DNA of 64,000 bases, from positions 21,452,001 through 21,516,000 of the forward strand of contig OZ024754.1 in the NCBI GenBank assembly GCA_964016885.1, read 5' to 3'. This stretch comes from Eledone cirrhosa (lineage: Eukaryota). The notes below the pieces were generated by a model. It did no database searches. It saw nothing but the letters and a program-made list of their open reading frames with translations, and was not told where the DNA came from. The position numbers were made by a program, and so were the translations under genes. Numbering within the stretch: the first letter of the stretch is position 1; every line of letters begins with the position of its first letter. Of the stretch, positions 23,048 through 38,081 are shown in pieces.

Positions 23048-26000
23048 TTAACTAGTTTTAATAAATTGTCTAGATGTTAAGTATATACTATATTAACTAC
23101 AGTTTTAATAAATTGTCTAGATGTTAAGTATATACTATATTAACTACAGTTTTAATAAATTATCTAGATGTTAAGTATATACTATATTAACTACAGTTTT
23201 AATAAATTGTCTAGATGTTAAGTATATCCTATATTAACTAGTTTTAATAAATTGTCTAGATGTTAAGTATATACTCTATTAACCACAGTTTTAATAAATT
23301 GTCTAGATATTAAGTATATACTATATTAACTACAGTTTTAATAAATTGTCTAAATGTTAAGTATATACTATATTAACTACAGTTTTAATAAATTGTCTAG
23401 ATGTTAAGTATATACTATATTAACTACAGTTTTAATAAATTGTCTAGATGTTAAGTATATACTATATTAACTACAGTTTTAATAAATTGTCTAGATGTTA
23501 AGTATATACTATATTAACTACAGTTTTAATAAATTGTCTAGATGTTAAGTATATACTATATTAACTAGTTTTAATAAATTGTCTAGATGTTAAGTATATA
23601 CTCTATTAACCACAGTTTTAATAAATTGTCTAGATGTTAAGTATATACTATATTAACTACAGTTTTAATAAATTGTCTAAATGTTAAGTATATACTATAT
23701 TAACTACAGTTTAAATAAATTGTCTAGATGTTAAGTATATACTATATTAACTACAGTTTTAATAAATTGTCTAGATGTTAAGTATATACTATATTAACTA
23801 CAGTTTTAATAAATTGTCTAGATGTTAAGTATATACTATATTAACTACAGTTTTAATAAATTGTCTAAATGTTAAGTATATACTATATTAACTACAGTTT
23901 AAATAAATTGTCTAGATGTTAAGTATATACTATATTAACTACAGTTTTAATAAATTGTCTAGATGTTAAGTATATACTATATTAACTCCAGTTTTAATAA
24001 ATTGTCTAGATGTTAAGTATATACTATATTAACTACAGTTTTAATAAATTGTCTAGATGTTAAGTATATACTATATTAACTTCAGTTTTAATAAATTGTC
24101 TAGATGTTAAGTATATACTATATTAACTAGTTTTAATAAATTGTCTAGATGTTAAGTATATACTATATTAACTACGGTTTTAATAGATTGTCTAGATGTT
24201 AAATATATACTATATTAACTACAGTTTTAATAAATTGCCTAAATGTTAGGTATATACTATATTAACTACAGTTTAAATAAATTGTCTAGATGTTAAGTAT
24301 ATACTATATTAACTACAGTTTTAATAAATTGTCTAGATGTTAAGTATATACTATATTAACTACAGTTTTAATAAATTGTCTAGATGTTAAGTATATACTA
24401 TATTAACTACAGTTTTAATAAATTGTCTAGATGTTCAGTATATACTATATTAACTACAGTTTTAATAAATTGTCTAAATGTTAAGTATATACTATATTAA
24501 CTACAGTTTTAATCAATTGTCTAGATGTTAAGTATATACTATATTAACTACAGTTTTAATAAATTGTCTAGATGTTAAGTATATACTATATTAACTACAG
24601 TTTTATAAGTATAAACTATATTAACTACAGTTTTAATAAATTGTCTAGATGTTAAGTATATACTATATTAACTACAATTTTAATAAATTGTCTAGATGTT
24701 AAGTTTATACTATATTAACTCCAGTTTTAATAAATTGTCTAGATGTTAAGTATATACTATATTAACTACAGTTTTAATAAATTGTCTAGATGTTAAGTAT
24801 ATACTATATTAACTACAGTTTTAATAAATTGTCTCGATGTTAAGTATATACTATATTAACTAGTTTTAATAAATTGTCTAGATGTTAAGTATATACTATA
24901 GTAACTACAGTTTTAATAAATTGTCTAGATGTTAAGTATATACTATATTAACTACAGTTTTAATAAATTGTCTAGATGTTAAGTATATACTATATTAACT
25001 AGTTTTAATAAATCGTCTAGATATTAAGTATATACTATATTAACTACAGTTTTAATCAATTGTCTAGATGTTAAGTATATACTATATTAACTACAGTTTT
25101 AATAAATTGTCTAGATGTTAAGTATATACTATATTAACTACAGTTTTAATAAATTGTCTAGATGTTAAGTATATACTATATTAACTCCAGTTTTAATAAA
25201 TTGTCTAGATGTTAAGTATATACTATATTAACTAGTTTTAATAAATTGTCTAGATGTTAAGTATATACTATATTAACTAGTTTTAATAAATTGTCTAGAT
25301 GTTAAGTATATACTATATTAACTACAGTTTTAATAAATTGTCTAGATGTTAAGTATATACTATATTAACTACAGTTTTAATAAATTGTCTAGATGTTAAG
25401 TATATACTATATTAACTCCAGTTTTAATAAATTGTCTAGATGTTAAGTATATACTATATTAACTAGTTTTAATAAATTGTCTAGATGTTAAGTATATACT
25501 ATATTAACTAGTTTTAATAAATTGTCTAGATGTTAAGTATATACTATATTAACTCCAGTTTTATAAGTATATACTATATTAACTACAGTTTTAATAAATT
25601 GTCTAGATGTTAAGTATATACTATATTAACTACAGTTTTAATAAATTGTCTAGATGTTAAGTATATACTATATTAACTACAGTTTTAATAAATTGTCTAG
25701 ATGTTCAGTATATACTATATTAACTACAGTTTTAATAAATTGTCTAGATGTTAAGTATATACTATATTAACTACAGTTTTAATAAATTGTCTAGATGTTA
25801 AGTATATACTATATTAACTACAGTTTTAATAAATTGTCTAGATGTTAAGTATATACTATATTAACTACAGTTTTAATAAATTGTCTAGATGTTAAGTATA
25901 TACTATATTAACTACAGTTTTAATAAATTGTCTAGATGTTAAGTATATACTATATTAACTAGTTTTAATAAATTGTCTAGATGTTAAGTATATACTATAT

Positions 26001-26559
26001 TAACTACAGTTTTAATAAATTGTCTAGATGTTAAGTATATACTATATTAACTACAGTTTTAATAAATTGTCTAAATGTTAAGTATATACTATATTAACTA
26101 CAGTTTAAATAAATTGTCTAGATGTTAAGTATATACTATATTAACTACATTTTTAATAAATTGTCTAGATGTTAAGTATATACTATATTAACTACAGTTT
26201 TAATAAATTGTCTAGATGTTAAGTATATACTATATTAACTACAGTTTTAATAAATTGTCTAGATGTTAAGTATATACTATATTAACTACAGTTTTAATAA
26301 ATTGTCTAGATGTTAAGTATATACTATATTAACTACAGTTTTAATAAATTGTCTAGATGTTAAGTATATACTATATTAACTAGTTTTAATAAATTGTCTA
26401 GATGTTAAGTATATACTCTATTAACCACAGTTTTAATAAATTGTCTAGATGTTAAGTATATACTATATTAACTAGTTTTAATAAATTGTCTAGATGTTAA
26501 GTATATACTATATTAACTACAGTTTTAATAAATTGTCTAGATGTTAAGTATATACTATA

Positions 26560-27436
26560 CTAGCAGTAAAGCCCGGCGTTGCTCGGGGTCGCTCAGTAGC
26601 TGTGTTAAAGTTACAATGTTAAGTTTCTTTCTTGGCTTAAAAACTGTAGTGTCTACTGTGCAGACTTGCATGTGGTGTTTTTGATTAATATTCCCTCAAC
26701 CAACAATATGCCTTATGAAGTTAAGAAAACATAACGATAACCCGAATGTTATAACAAAAGAGGATGCTGGGGATAGAAACTGCACTGGTTATTTATTAAC
26801 AAAGATCGAAAATGTAAACACTGCAACGCAGAGAAAAACATTAACGTAACCAAATTATCAGTTATGTCTGTCTGCACGCCTATATCACCTCTCTGCACGA
26901 CTGTCTGTCTGCACGCCTATATCACCTCTCTGCACGACTGTCTGTCTGCACGCGTATATCACCTCTCTGCACGACTGTCTGTCTGCACGACTGTCTGTCT
27001 GCACGCCTAACGACGAAATATTTGCTTGTTTTACGTAGTCTTTAAATAGACTTGTTTTCAAGTAAAATTATTGTTTTAAGATGCTTTTAAATGGAAATGA
27101 AGCAAAACGGAAGCTTAGTGTTCGAACTGATGAATTTTGGAGGTCAATATTTTGCTGGCTCGACAACTGTTAAAGCCAGCGTAATTTTTTACGTAAGACG
27201 CTCAATGTAAACAGAACAAAGGGAAATAACTGATAACTTACGCTCAAAAATCGATACATTATATTCGATTTCGTCACATAGGGTGGGTCAATTTGAAATT
27301 TTTTTTTTCCGATTTCTTCGCTAGGGCTCAATGTACAAGTATAGCAATTTCGGTGCAATTCCGTGAGAGATTCTAAGAGGAGATGTGTGCCAAAAATCGA
27401 TAGACAGACAGACAACCACAGTTTTATATATATAGA
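26560..27436 (-). mobile_element. Non-autonomous Helitron, copy 5 (877 bp)
   Basis: Identical by eye to copy 4. Confidence 0.9.
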
Positions 27437-30400
27437 TTAACTAGTTTTAATAAATTGTCTAGATGTTAAGTATATACTATATTAACTACAGTTTTAATAA
27501 ATTGTCTAGATGTTAAGTATATACTATATTAACTACAGTTTTAATAAATTATCTAGATGTTAAGTATATACTATATTAACTACAGTTTTAATAAATTGTC
27601 TAGATGTTAAGTATATCCTATATTAACTAGTTTTAATAAATTGTCTAGATGTTAAGTATATACTCTATTAACCACAGTTTTAATAAATTGTCTAGATATT
27701 AAGTATATACTATATTAACTACAGTTTTAATAAATTGTCTAAATGTTAAGTATATACTATATTAACTACAGTTTTAATAAATTGTCTAGATGTTAAGTAT
27801 ATACTATATTAACTACAGTTTTAATAAATTGTCTAGATGTTAAGTATATACTATATTAACTACAGTTTTAATAAATTGTCTAGATGTTAAGTATATACTA
27901 TATTAACTACAGTTTTAATAAATTGTCTAGATGTTAAGTATATACTATATTAACTAGTTTTAATAAATTGTCTAGATGTTAAGTATATACTCTATTAACC
28001 ACAGTTTTAATAAATTGTCTAGATGTTAAGTATATACTATATTAACTACAGTTTTAATAAATTGTCTAAATGTTAAGTATATACTATATTAACTACAGTT
28101 TAAATAAATTGTCTAGATGTTAAGTATATACTATATTAACTACAGTTTTAATAAATTGTCTAGATGTTAAGTATATACTATATTAACTACAGTTTTAATA
28201 AATTGTCTAGATGTTAAGTATATACTATATTAACTACAGTTTTAATAAATTGTCTAAATGTTAAGTATATACTATATTAACTACAGTTTAAATAAATTGT
28301 CTAGATGTTAAGTATATACTATATTAACTACAGTTTTAATAAATTGTCTAGATGTTAAGTATATACTATATTAACTCCAGTTTTAATAAATTGTCTAGAT
28401 GTTAAGTATATACTATATTAACTACAGTTTTAATAAATTGTCTAGATGTTAAGTATATACTATATTAACTTCAGTTTTAATAAATTGTCTAGATGTTAAG
28501 TATATACTATATTAACTAGTTTTAATAAATTGTCTAGATGTTAAGTATATACTATATTAACTACGGTTTTAATAGATTGTCTAGATGTTAAATATATACT
28601 ATATTAACTACAGTTTTAATAAATTGCCTAAATGTTAGGTATATACTATATTAACTACAGTTTAAATAAATTGTCTAGATGTTAAGTATATACTATATTA
28701 ACTACAGTTTTAATAAATTGTCTAGATGTTAAGTATATACTATATTAACTACAGTTTTAATAAATTGTCTAGATGTTAAGTATATACTATATTAACTACA
28801 GTTTTAATAAATTGTCTAGATGTTCAGTATATACTATATTAACTACAGTTTTAATAAATTGTCTAAATGTTAAGTATATACTATATTAACTACAGTTTTA
28901 ATCAATTGTCTAGATGTTAAGTATATACTATATTAACTACAGTTTTAATAAATTGTCTAGATGTTAAGTATATACTATATTAACTACAGTTTTATAAGTA
29001 TAAACTATATTAACTACAGTTTTAATAAATTGTCTAGATGTTAAGTATATACTATATTAACTACAATTTTAATAAATTGTCTAGATGTTAAGTTTATACT
29101 ATATTAACTCCAGTTTTAATAAATTGTCTAGATGTTAAGTATATACTATATTAACTACAGTTTTAATAAATTGTCTAGATGTTAAGTATATACTATATTA
29201 ACTACAGTTTTAATAAATTGTCTCGATGTTAAGTATATACTATATTAACTAGTTTTAATAAATTGTCTAGATGTTAAGTATATACTATAGTAACTACAGT
29301 TTTAATAAATTGTCTAGATGTTAAGTATATACTATATTAACTACAGTTTTAATAAATTGTCTAGATGTTAAGTATATACTATATTAACTAGTTTTAATAA
29401 ATCGTCTAGATATTAAGTATATACTATATTAACTACAGTTTTAATCAATTGTCTAGATGTTAAGTATATACTATATTAACTACAGTTTTAATAAATTGTC
29501 TAGATGTTAAGTATATACTATATTAACTACAGTTTTAATAAATTGTCTAGATGTTAAGTATATACTATATTAACTCCAGTTTTAATAAATTGTCTAGATG
29601 TTAAGTATATACTATATTAACTAGTTTTAATAAATTGTCTAGATGTTAAGTATATACTATATTAACTAGTTTTAATAAATTGTCTAGATGTTAAGTATAT
29701 ACTATATTAACTACAGTTTTAATAAATTGTCTAGATGTTAAGTATATACTATATTAACTACAGTTTTAATAAATTGTCTAGATGTTAAGTATATACTATA
29801 TTAACTACAGTTTTAATAAATTGTCTAGATGTTAAGAATATACTATATTAACTTCAGTATATACTATATTAACTAGTTTTAATAAATTGTCTAGATGTTA
29901 AGTATATACTATATTAACTACAGTTTTAATAAATTATCTAGATGTTAAGTATATACTATATTAACTAGTTTTAATAAATTGTCTAGATGTTAAGTATATA
30001 CTATATTAACTAGTTTTAATAAATTGTCTAGATATTAAGTATATACTATATTAACTACAGTTTTAATAAATTGTCTAGATGTTAAGTATATACTATATTA
30101 ACTACAGTTTTAATAAATTGTCTAGATGTTAAGTATATACTATATTAACTAGTTTTAATAAATTGTCTAGATGTTAAGTATATACTATATTAACTACGGT
30201 TTTAATAGATTGTCTAGATGTTAAATATATACTATATTAACTACAGTTTTAATAAATTGCCTAAATGTTAGGTATATACTATATTAACTACAGTTTAAAT
30301 AAATTGTCTAGATGTTAAGTATATACTATATTAACTACAGTTTTAATAAATTGTCTAGATGTTAAGTATATACTATATTAACTACAGTTTTAATAAATTG

Positions 30401-30794
30401 TCTAGATGTTAAGTATATACTATATTAACTACAGTTTTAATAAATTGTCTAGATGTTCAGTATATACTATATTAACTACAGTTTTAATAAATTGTCTAGA
30501 TGTTAAGTATATACTATATTAACTACAGTTTTAATAAATTGTCTAGATGTTAAGTATATACTATATTAACTAGTTTTAATAAATTGTCTAGATGTTAAGT
30601 ATATAGTCTATTAACCACTGTTTTAATAAATTGTCTAGATGTTAAGTATATACTATATTAACTAGTTTTAATAAATTGTCTAGATGTTAAGTATATACTA
30701 TATTAACTACAGTTTTAATATATTGTCTAGATGTTAAGTATATACTATATTAACTAGTTTTAATAAATTGTCTAGATGTTAAGTATATACTATA

Positions 30795-31671
30795 CTAGCA
30801 GTAAAGCCCGGCGTTGCTCGGGGTCGCTCAGTAGCTGTGTTAAAGTTACAATGTTAAGTTTCTTTCTTGGCTTAAAAACTGTAGTGTCTACTGTGCAGAC
30901 TTGCATGTGGTGTTTTTGATTAATATTCCCTCAACCAACAATATGCCTTATGAAGTTAAGAAAACATAACGATAACCCGAATGTTATAACAAAAGAGGAT
31001 GCTGGGGATAGAAACTGCACTGGTTATTTATTAACAAAGATCGAAAATGTAAACACTGCAACGCAGAGAAAAACATTAACGTAACCAAATTATCAGTTAT
31101 GTCTGTCTGCACGCCTATATCACCTCTCTGCACGACTGTCTGTCTGCACGCCTATATCACCTCTCTGCACGACTGTCTGTCTGCACGCGTATATCACCTC
31201 TCTGCACGACTGTCTGTCTGCACGACTGTCTGTCTGCACGCCTAACGACGAAATATTTGCTTGTTTTACGTAGTCTTTAAATAGACTTGTTTTCAAGTAA
31301 AAATATTGTTTTAAGATGCTTTTAAATGGAAATGAAGCAAAACGGAAGCTTAGTGTTCGAACTGATGAATTTTGGAGGTCAATATTTTGCTGGCTCGACA
31401 ACTGTTAAAGCCAGCGTAATTTTTTACGTAAGACGCTCAATGTAAACAGAACAAAGGGAAATAACTGATAACTTACGCTCAAAAATCGATACATTATATT
31501 CGATTTCGTCACATAGGGTGGGTCAATTTGAAATTTTTTTTTTCCGATTTCTTCGCTAGGGCTCAATGTACAAGTATAGCAATTTCGGTGCAATTCCGTG
31601 AGAGATTCTAAGAGGAGATGTGTGCCAAAAATCGATAGACAGACAGACAACCACAGTTTTATATATATAGA
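30795..31671 (-). mobile_element. Non-autonomous Helitron, copy 6 (877 bp)
   Basis: Same termini and insertion site. Confidence 0.9.
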
Positions 31672-34600
31672 TTAACTAGTTTTAATAAATTGTCTAGATG
31701 TTAAGTATATACTATATTAACTACAGTTTTAATAAATTGTCTAGATGTTAAGTATATACTATATTAACTACAGTTTTAATAAATTATCTAGATGTTAAGT
31801 ATATACTATATTAACTACAGTTTTAATAAATTGTCTAGATGTTAAGTATATCCTATATTAACTAGTTTTAATAAATTGTCTAGATGTTAAGTATATACTC
31901 TATTAACCACAGTTTTAATAAATTGTCTAGATATTAAGTATATACTATATTAACTACAGTTTTAATAAATTGTCTAAATGTTAAGTATATACTATATTAA
32001 CTACAGTTTTAATAAATTGTCTAGATGTTAAGTATATACTATATTAACTACAGTTTTAATAAATTGTCTAGATGTTAAGTATATACTATATTAACTACAG
32101 TTTTAATAAATTGTCTAGATGTTAAGTATATACTATATTAACTACAGTTTTAATAAATTGTCTAGATGTTAAGTATATACTATATTAACTAGTTTTAATA
32201 AATTGTCTAGATGTTAAGTATATACTCTATTAACCACAGTTTTAATAAATTGTCTAGATGTTAAGTATATACTATATTAACTACAGTTTTAATAAATTGT
32301 CTAAATGTTAAGTATATACTATATTAACTACAGTTTAAATAAATTGTCTAGATGTTAAGTATATACTATATTAACTACAGTTTTAATAAATTGTCTAGAT
32401 GTTAAGTATATACTATATTAACTACAGTTTTAATAAATTGTCTAGATGTTAAGTATATACTATATTAACTACAGTTTTAATAAATTGTCTAAATGTTAAG
32501 TATATACTATATTAACTACAGTTTAAATAAATTGTCTAGATGTTAAGTATATACTATATTAACTACAGTTTTAATAAATTGTCTAGATGTTAAGTATATA
32601 CTATATTAACTCCAGTTTTAATAAATTGTCTAGATGTTAAGTATATACTATATTAACTTCAGTTTTAATAAATTGTCTAGATGTTAAGTATATACTATAT
32701 TAACTAGTTTTAATAAATTGTCTAGATGTTAAGTATATACTATATTAACTACGGTTTTAATAGATTGTCTAGATGTTAAATATATACTATATTAACTACA
32801 GTTTTAATAAATTGCCTAAATGTTAGGTATATACTATATTAACTACAGTTTAAATAAATTGTCTAGATGTTAAGTATATACTATATTAACTACAGTTTTA
32901 ATAAATTGTCTAGATGTTAAGTATATACTATATTAACTACAGTTTTAATAAATTGTCTAGATGTTAAGTATATACTATATTAACTACAGTTTTAATAAAT
33001 TGTCTAGATGTTCAGTATATACTATATTAACTACAGTTTTAATAAATTGTCTAGATGTTAAGTATATACTATATTAACTACAGTTTTAATAAATTGTCTA
33101 GATGTTAAGTATATACTATATTAACTACAGTTTTAATAAATTGTCTAGATGTTAAGTATATACTATATTAACTACAGTTTTAATAAATTGTCTAGATGTT
33201 AAGTATATACTATATTAACTAGTTTTAATAAATTGTCTAGATGTTGAGTATATACTCTATTAACCACAGTTTTAATAAATTGTCTAGATGTTAAGTATAT
33301 ACTATATTAACTAGTTTTAATAAATTGTCTAGATGTTAAGTATATACTATATTAACTAGTTTTAATAAATTGTCTAGATGTTAAGTATATACTATATTAA
33401 CTAGTTTTAATAAATTGTCTAGATGTTAAGTAAATACTATATTAACTGCAGTTTTAATAAATTGTCTAAATGTTAAGTATATACTATATTAACTACAGTT
33501 TAAATAAATTGTCTAGATGTTAAGTATATACTATATTAACTACAGTTTTAATAAATTGTCTAGATGTTAAGTATATACTCTATTAACCACAGTTTTAATA
33601 AATTGTCTAGATGTTAAGTATATACTATATTAACTACAGTTTTAATAAATTGTCTAAATGTTAAGTATATACTATATTAACTACAGTTTAAATAAATTGT
33701 CTAGATGTTAAGTATATACTATATTAACTACAGTTTTAATAAATTGTCTAGATGTTAAGTATATACTATATTAACTACAGTTTTAATAAATTGTCTAGAT
33801 GTTAAGTATATACTATATTAACTACAGTTTTAATAAATTGTTTAAATGTTAAGTATATACTATATTAACTACAGTTTAAATAAATTGTCTAGATGTTAAG
33901 TATATACTATATTAACTACAGTTTTAATAAATTGTCTAGATGTTAAGTATATACTATATTAACTCCAGTTTTAATAAATTGTCTAGATGTTAAGTATATA
34001 CTATATTAACTACAGTTTTAATAAATTGTCTAGATGTTAAGTATATACTATATTAACTAGTTTTAATAAATTGTCTAGATGTTAAGTATATACTATATTA
34101 ACTGCAGTTTTAATAAATTGTCTAGATGTTAAGTATATACTATATTAACTAGTTTTAATAAATCGTCTAGATATTAAGTATATACTATATTAACTACAGT
34201 TTTAATAAATTGTCTAGATGTTAAGTATATACTATATTAACTACAGTTTTAATAAATTGTCTAGATGTTAAGTATATACTATATTAACTACAGTTTTAAT
34301 AAATTATCTAGATGTTAAGTATATACTATATTAACTAGTTTTAATAAATTGTCTAGATGTTAAGTATATACTATATTAACTAGTTTTAATAAATTGTCTA
34401 GATATTAAGTATATACTATATTAACTACAGTTTTAATAAATTGTCTAGATGTTAAGTATATACTATATTAACTACAGTTTTAATAAATTGTCTAGATGTT
34501 AAGTATATACTATATTAACTAGTTTTAATAAATTGTCTAGATGTTAAGTATATACTATATTAACTACGGTTTTAATAGATTGTCTAGATGTTAAATATAT

Positions 34601-37600
34601 ACTATATTAACTACAGTTTTAATAAATTGCCTAAATGTTAGGTATATACTATATTAACTACAGTTTAAATAAATTGTCTAGATGTTAAGTATATACTATA
34701 TTAACTACAGTTTTAATAAATTGTCTAGATGTTAAGTATATACTATATTAACTACAGTTTTAATAAATTGTCTAGATGTTAAGTATATACTATATTAACT
34801 ACAGTTTTAATAAATTGTCTAGATGTTCAGTATATACTATATTAACTACAGTTTTAATAAATTGTCTAGATGTTAAGTATATACTATATTAACTACAGTT
34901 TTAATAAATTGTCTAGATGTTAAGTATATACTATATTAACTAGTTTTAATAAATTGTCTAGATGTTAAGTATATAGTCTATTAACCACTGTTTTAATAAA
35001 TTGTCTAGATGTTAAGTATATACTATATTAACTAGTTTTAATAAATTGTCTAGATGTTAAGTATATACTATATTAACTAGTTTTAATAAATTGTCTAGAT
35101 GTTCAGTATATACTATATTAACTAGTTTTAATAAATTGTCTAGATGTTAAGTATATACTATATTAACTACAGTTTTAATAAATTGTCTAAATGTTAAGTA
35201 TATACTATATAAACTACAGTTTAAATAAATTGTCTAGATGTTAAATATATACTATATTAACTACAGTTTTAATAAATTGTCTAGATGTTAAGTATATACT
35301 CTATTAACCACAGTTTTAATAAATTGTCTAGATGTTATGTATATACTATATTAACTACAGTTTAAATAAATTGTCTAGATGTTAAGTATGTACTATATTA
35401 ACTACAGTTTTAATAAATTATCTAGATGTTAAGTATATACTATATTAACTACAGTTTTAATAAATTGTCTAGATGTTAAGTATATACTATATTAACTACA
35501 GTTTTAATAAATTGTCTAAATGTTAAGTATATACTATATTAACTACAGTTTAAATAAATTGTCTAGATGTTAAGTATATACTATATTAATTACAGTTTTA
35601 ATAAATTGTCTAGATGTTAAGTATATACTATATTAACTCCAGTTTTAATAAATTGTCTAGATGTTAAGTATATACTATATTAACTACAGTTTTAATAAAT
35701 GGTCTAGATGTTAAGTATATACTATATTAACTACAGTTTTAATAAATTGTCTAGATGTTAAGTATATACTATATTAACTAGTTTTAATAAATTGTTTAGA
35801 TTTTAAGTATATACTATATTAACTACAGTTTTAATAAATTGTCTAGATGTTAAGTATATACTATATTAACTAGTTTTAATGAATTGTCTAGATATTAAGT
35901 ATATACTATATTAACTACAGTTTTAATAAATTGTCTAGATGTTAAGTATATACTATATTAACTACAGTTTTAATAAATTGTCTAGATGTTAAGTATATAC
36001 TATATTAACTACAGTTTTAATAAATTGTCTAGATGTTAAGTATATACTATATTAACTAGTTTTAATAAATTGTCTAGATGTTAAGTATATACTATATTAA
36101 CTACAGTTTTAATAAATTGTTTAAATGTTAAGTATATACTATATTAACTACAGTTTAAATAAATTGTCTAGATGTTAAGTATATACTATATTAACTACAG
36201 TTTTAATAAATTGTCTAGATGTTAAGTATATACTATATTAACTCCAGTTTTAATAAATTGTCTAGATGTTAAGTATATACTATATTAACTACAGTTTTAA
36301 TAAATTGTCTAGATGTTAAGTATATACTATATTAACTAGTTTTAATAAATTGTCTAGATGTTAAGTATATACTATATTAACTGCAGTTTTAATAAATTGT
36401 CTAGATGTTAAGTATATACTATATTAACTAGTTTTAATAAATCGTCTAGATATTAAGTATATACTATATTAACTACAGTTTTAATAAATTGTCTAGATGT
36501 TAAGTATATACTATATTAACTACAGTTTTAATAAATTGTCTAGATGTTAAGTATATACTATATTAACTACAGTTTTAATAAATTGCCTAAATGTTAGGTA
36601 TATACTATATTAACTACAGTTTAAATAAATTGTCTAGATGTTAAGTATATACTATATTAACTACAGTTTTAATAAATTGTCTAGATGTTAAGTATATACT
36701 ATATTAACTACAGTTTTAATAAATTGTCTAGATGTTAAGTATATACTATATTAACTACAGTTTTAATAAATTGTCTATATGTTCAGTATATACTATATTA
36801 ACTACAGTTTTAATAAATTGTCTAGATGTTAAGTATATACTATATTAACTACAGTTTTAATAAATTGTCTAGATGTTAAGTATATACTATATTAACTAGT
36901 TTTAATAAATTGTCTAGATGTTAAGTATATAGTCTATTAACCACTGTTTTAATAAATTGTCTAGATGTTAAGTATATACTATATTAACTAGTTTTAATAA
37001 ATTATCTAGATGTTCAGTATATACTATATTAACTAGTTTTAATAAATTGTCTAGATGTTAAGTATATACTATATTAACTACAGTTTTAATAAATTGTCTA
37101 AATGTTAAGTATATACTATATAAACTACAGTTTAAATAAATTGTCTAGATGTTAAATATATACTATATTAACTACAGTTTTAATAAATTGTCTAGATGTT
37201 AAGTATATACTCTATTAACCACAGTTTTAATAAATTGTCTAGATGTTAAGTATATACTATATTAACTACAGTTTAAATAAATTGTCTAGATGTTAAGTAT
37301 GTACTATATTAACTACAGTTTTAATAAATTATCTAGATGTTAAGTATATACTATATTAACTACAGTTTTAATAAATTGTCTAGATGTTAAGTATATACTA
37401 TATTAACTACAGTTTTAATAAATTGTCTAAATGTTAAGTATATACTATATTAACTACAGTTTAAATAAATTGTCTAGATGTTAAGTATATACTATATTAA
37501 TTACAGTTTTAATAAATTGTCTAGATGTTAAGTATATACTATATTAACTCCAGTTTTAATAAATTGTCTAGATGTTAAGTATATACTATATTAACTACAG

Positions 37601-38010
37601 TTTTAATAAATTGTCTAGATGTTAAGTATATACTATATTAACTACAGTTTTAATAAATTGTCTAGATGTTAAGTATATACTATATTAACTAGTTTTAATA
37701 AATTGTTTAGATGTTAAGTATATACTATATTAACTACAGTTTTAATAAATTGTCTAGATGTTAAGTATATACTATATTAACTAGTTTTAATGAATTGTCT
37801 AGATATTAAGTATATACTATATTAACTACAGTTTTAATAAATTGTCTAGATGTTAAGTATATACTATATTAACTACAGTTTTAATAAATTGTCTAGATGT
37901 TAAGTATATACTATATTAACTACAGTTTTAATAAATTGTCTAGATGTTAAGTATATACTATATTAACTAGTTTTAATAAATTGTCTAGATGTTAAGTATA
38001 TACTATATTA

Positions 38011-38081
38011 ACTTCAGTATATACTATATTATATACTATACTATATTATATACTATACTATACTATATACTTAAGTATATA
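38011..38081. repeat. Rearranged monomer with (TATAC)n slippage patch (also 44181-44251, 53549-53619, 59671-59741)
   Basis: ACTTCAGTATATACTATATTATATACTATACTATATTATATACTATACTATACTATATACTTAAGTATATA, identical in four places. Confidence 0.9.

Larger units (their letters stand above)
21200..29790. repeat. ~4.39-kb tandem duplication containing Helitron copies 4 and 5
   Basis: Offset 4389 bp for the Helitrons and for satellite markers (GTTCAG, TACATTTT, TATAAACT, TACAATTT, TAGTAAC). Boundaries approximate. Confidence 0.85.
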
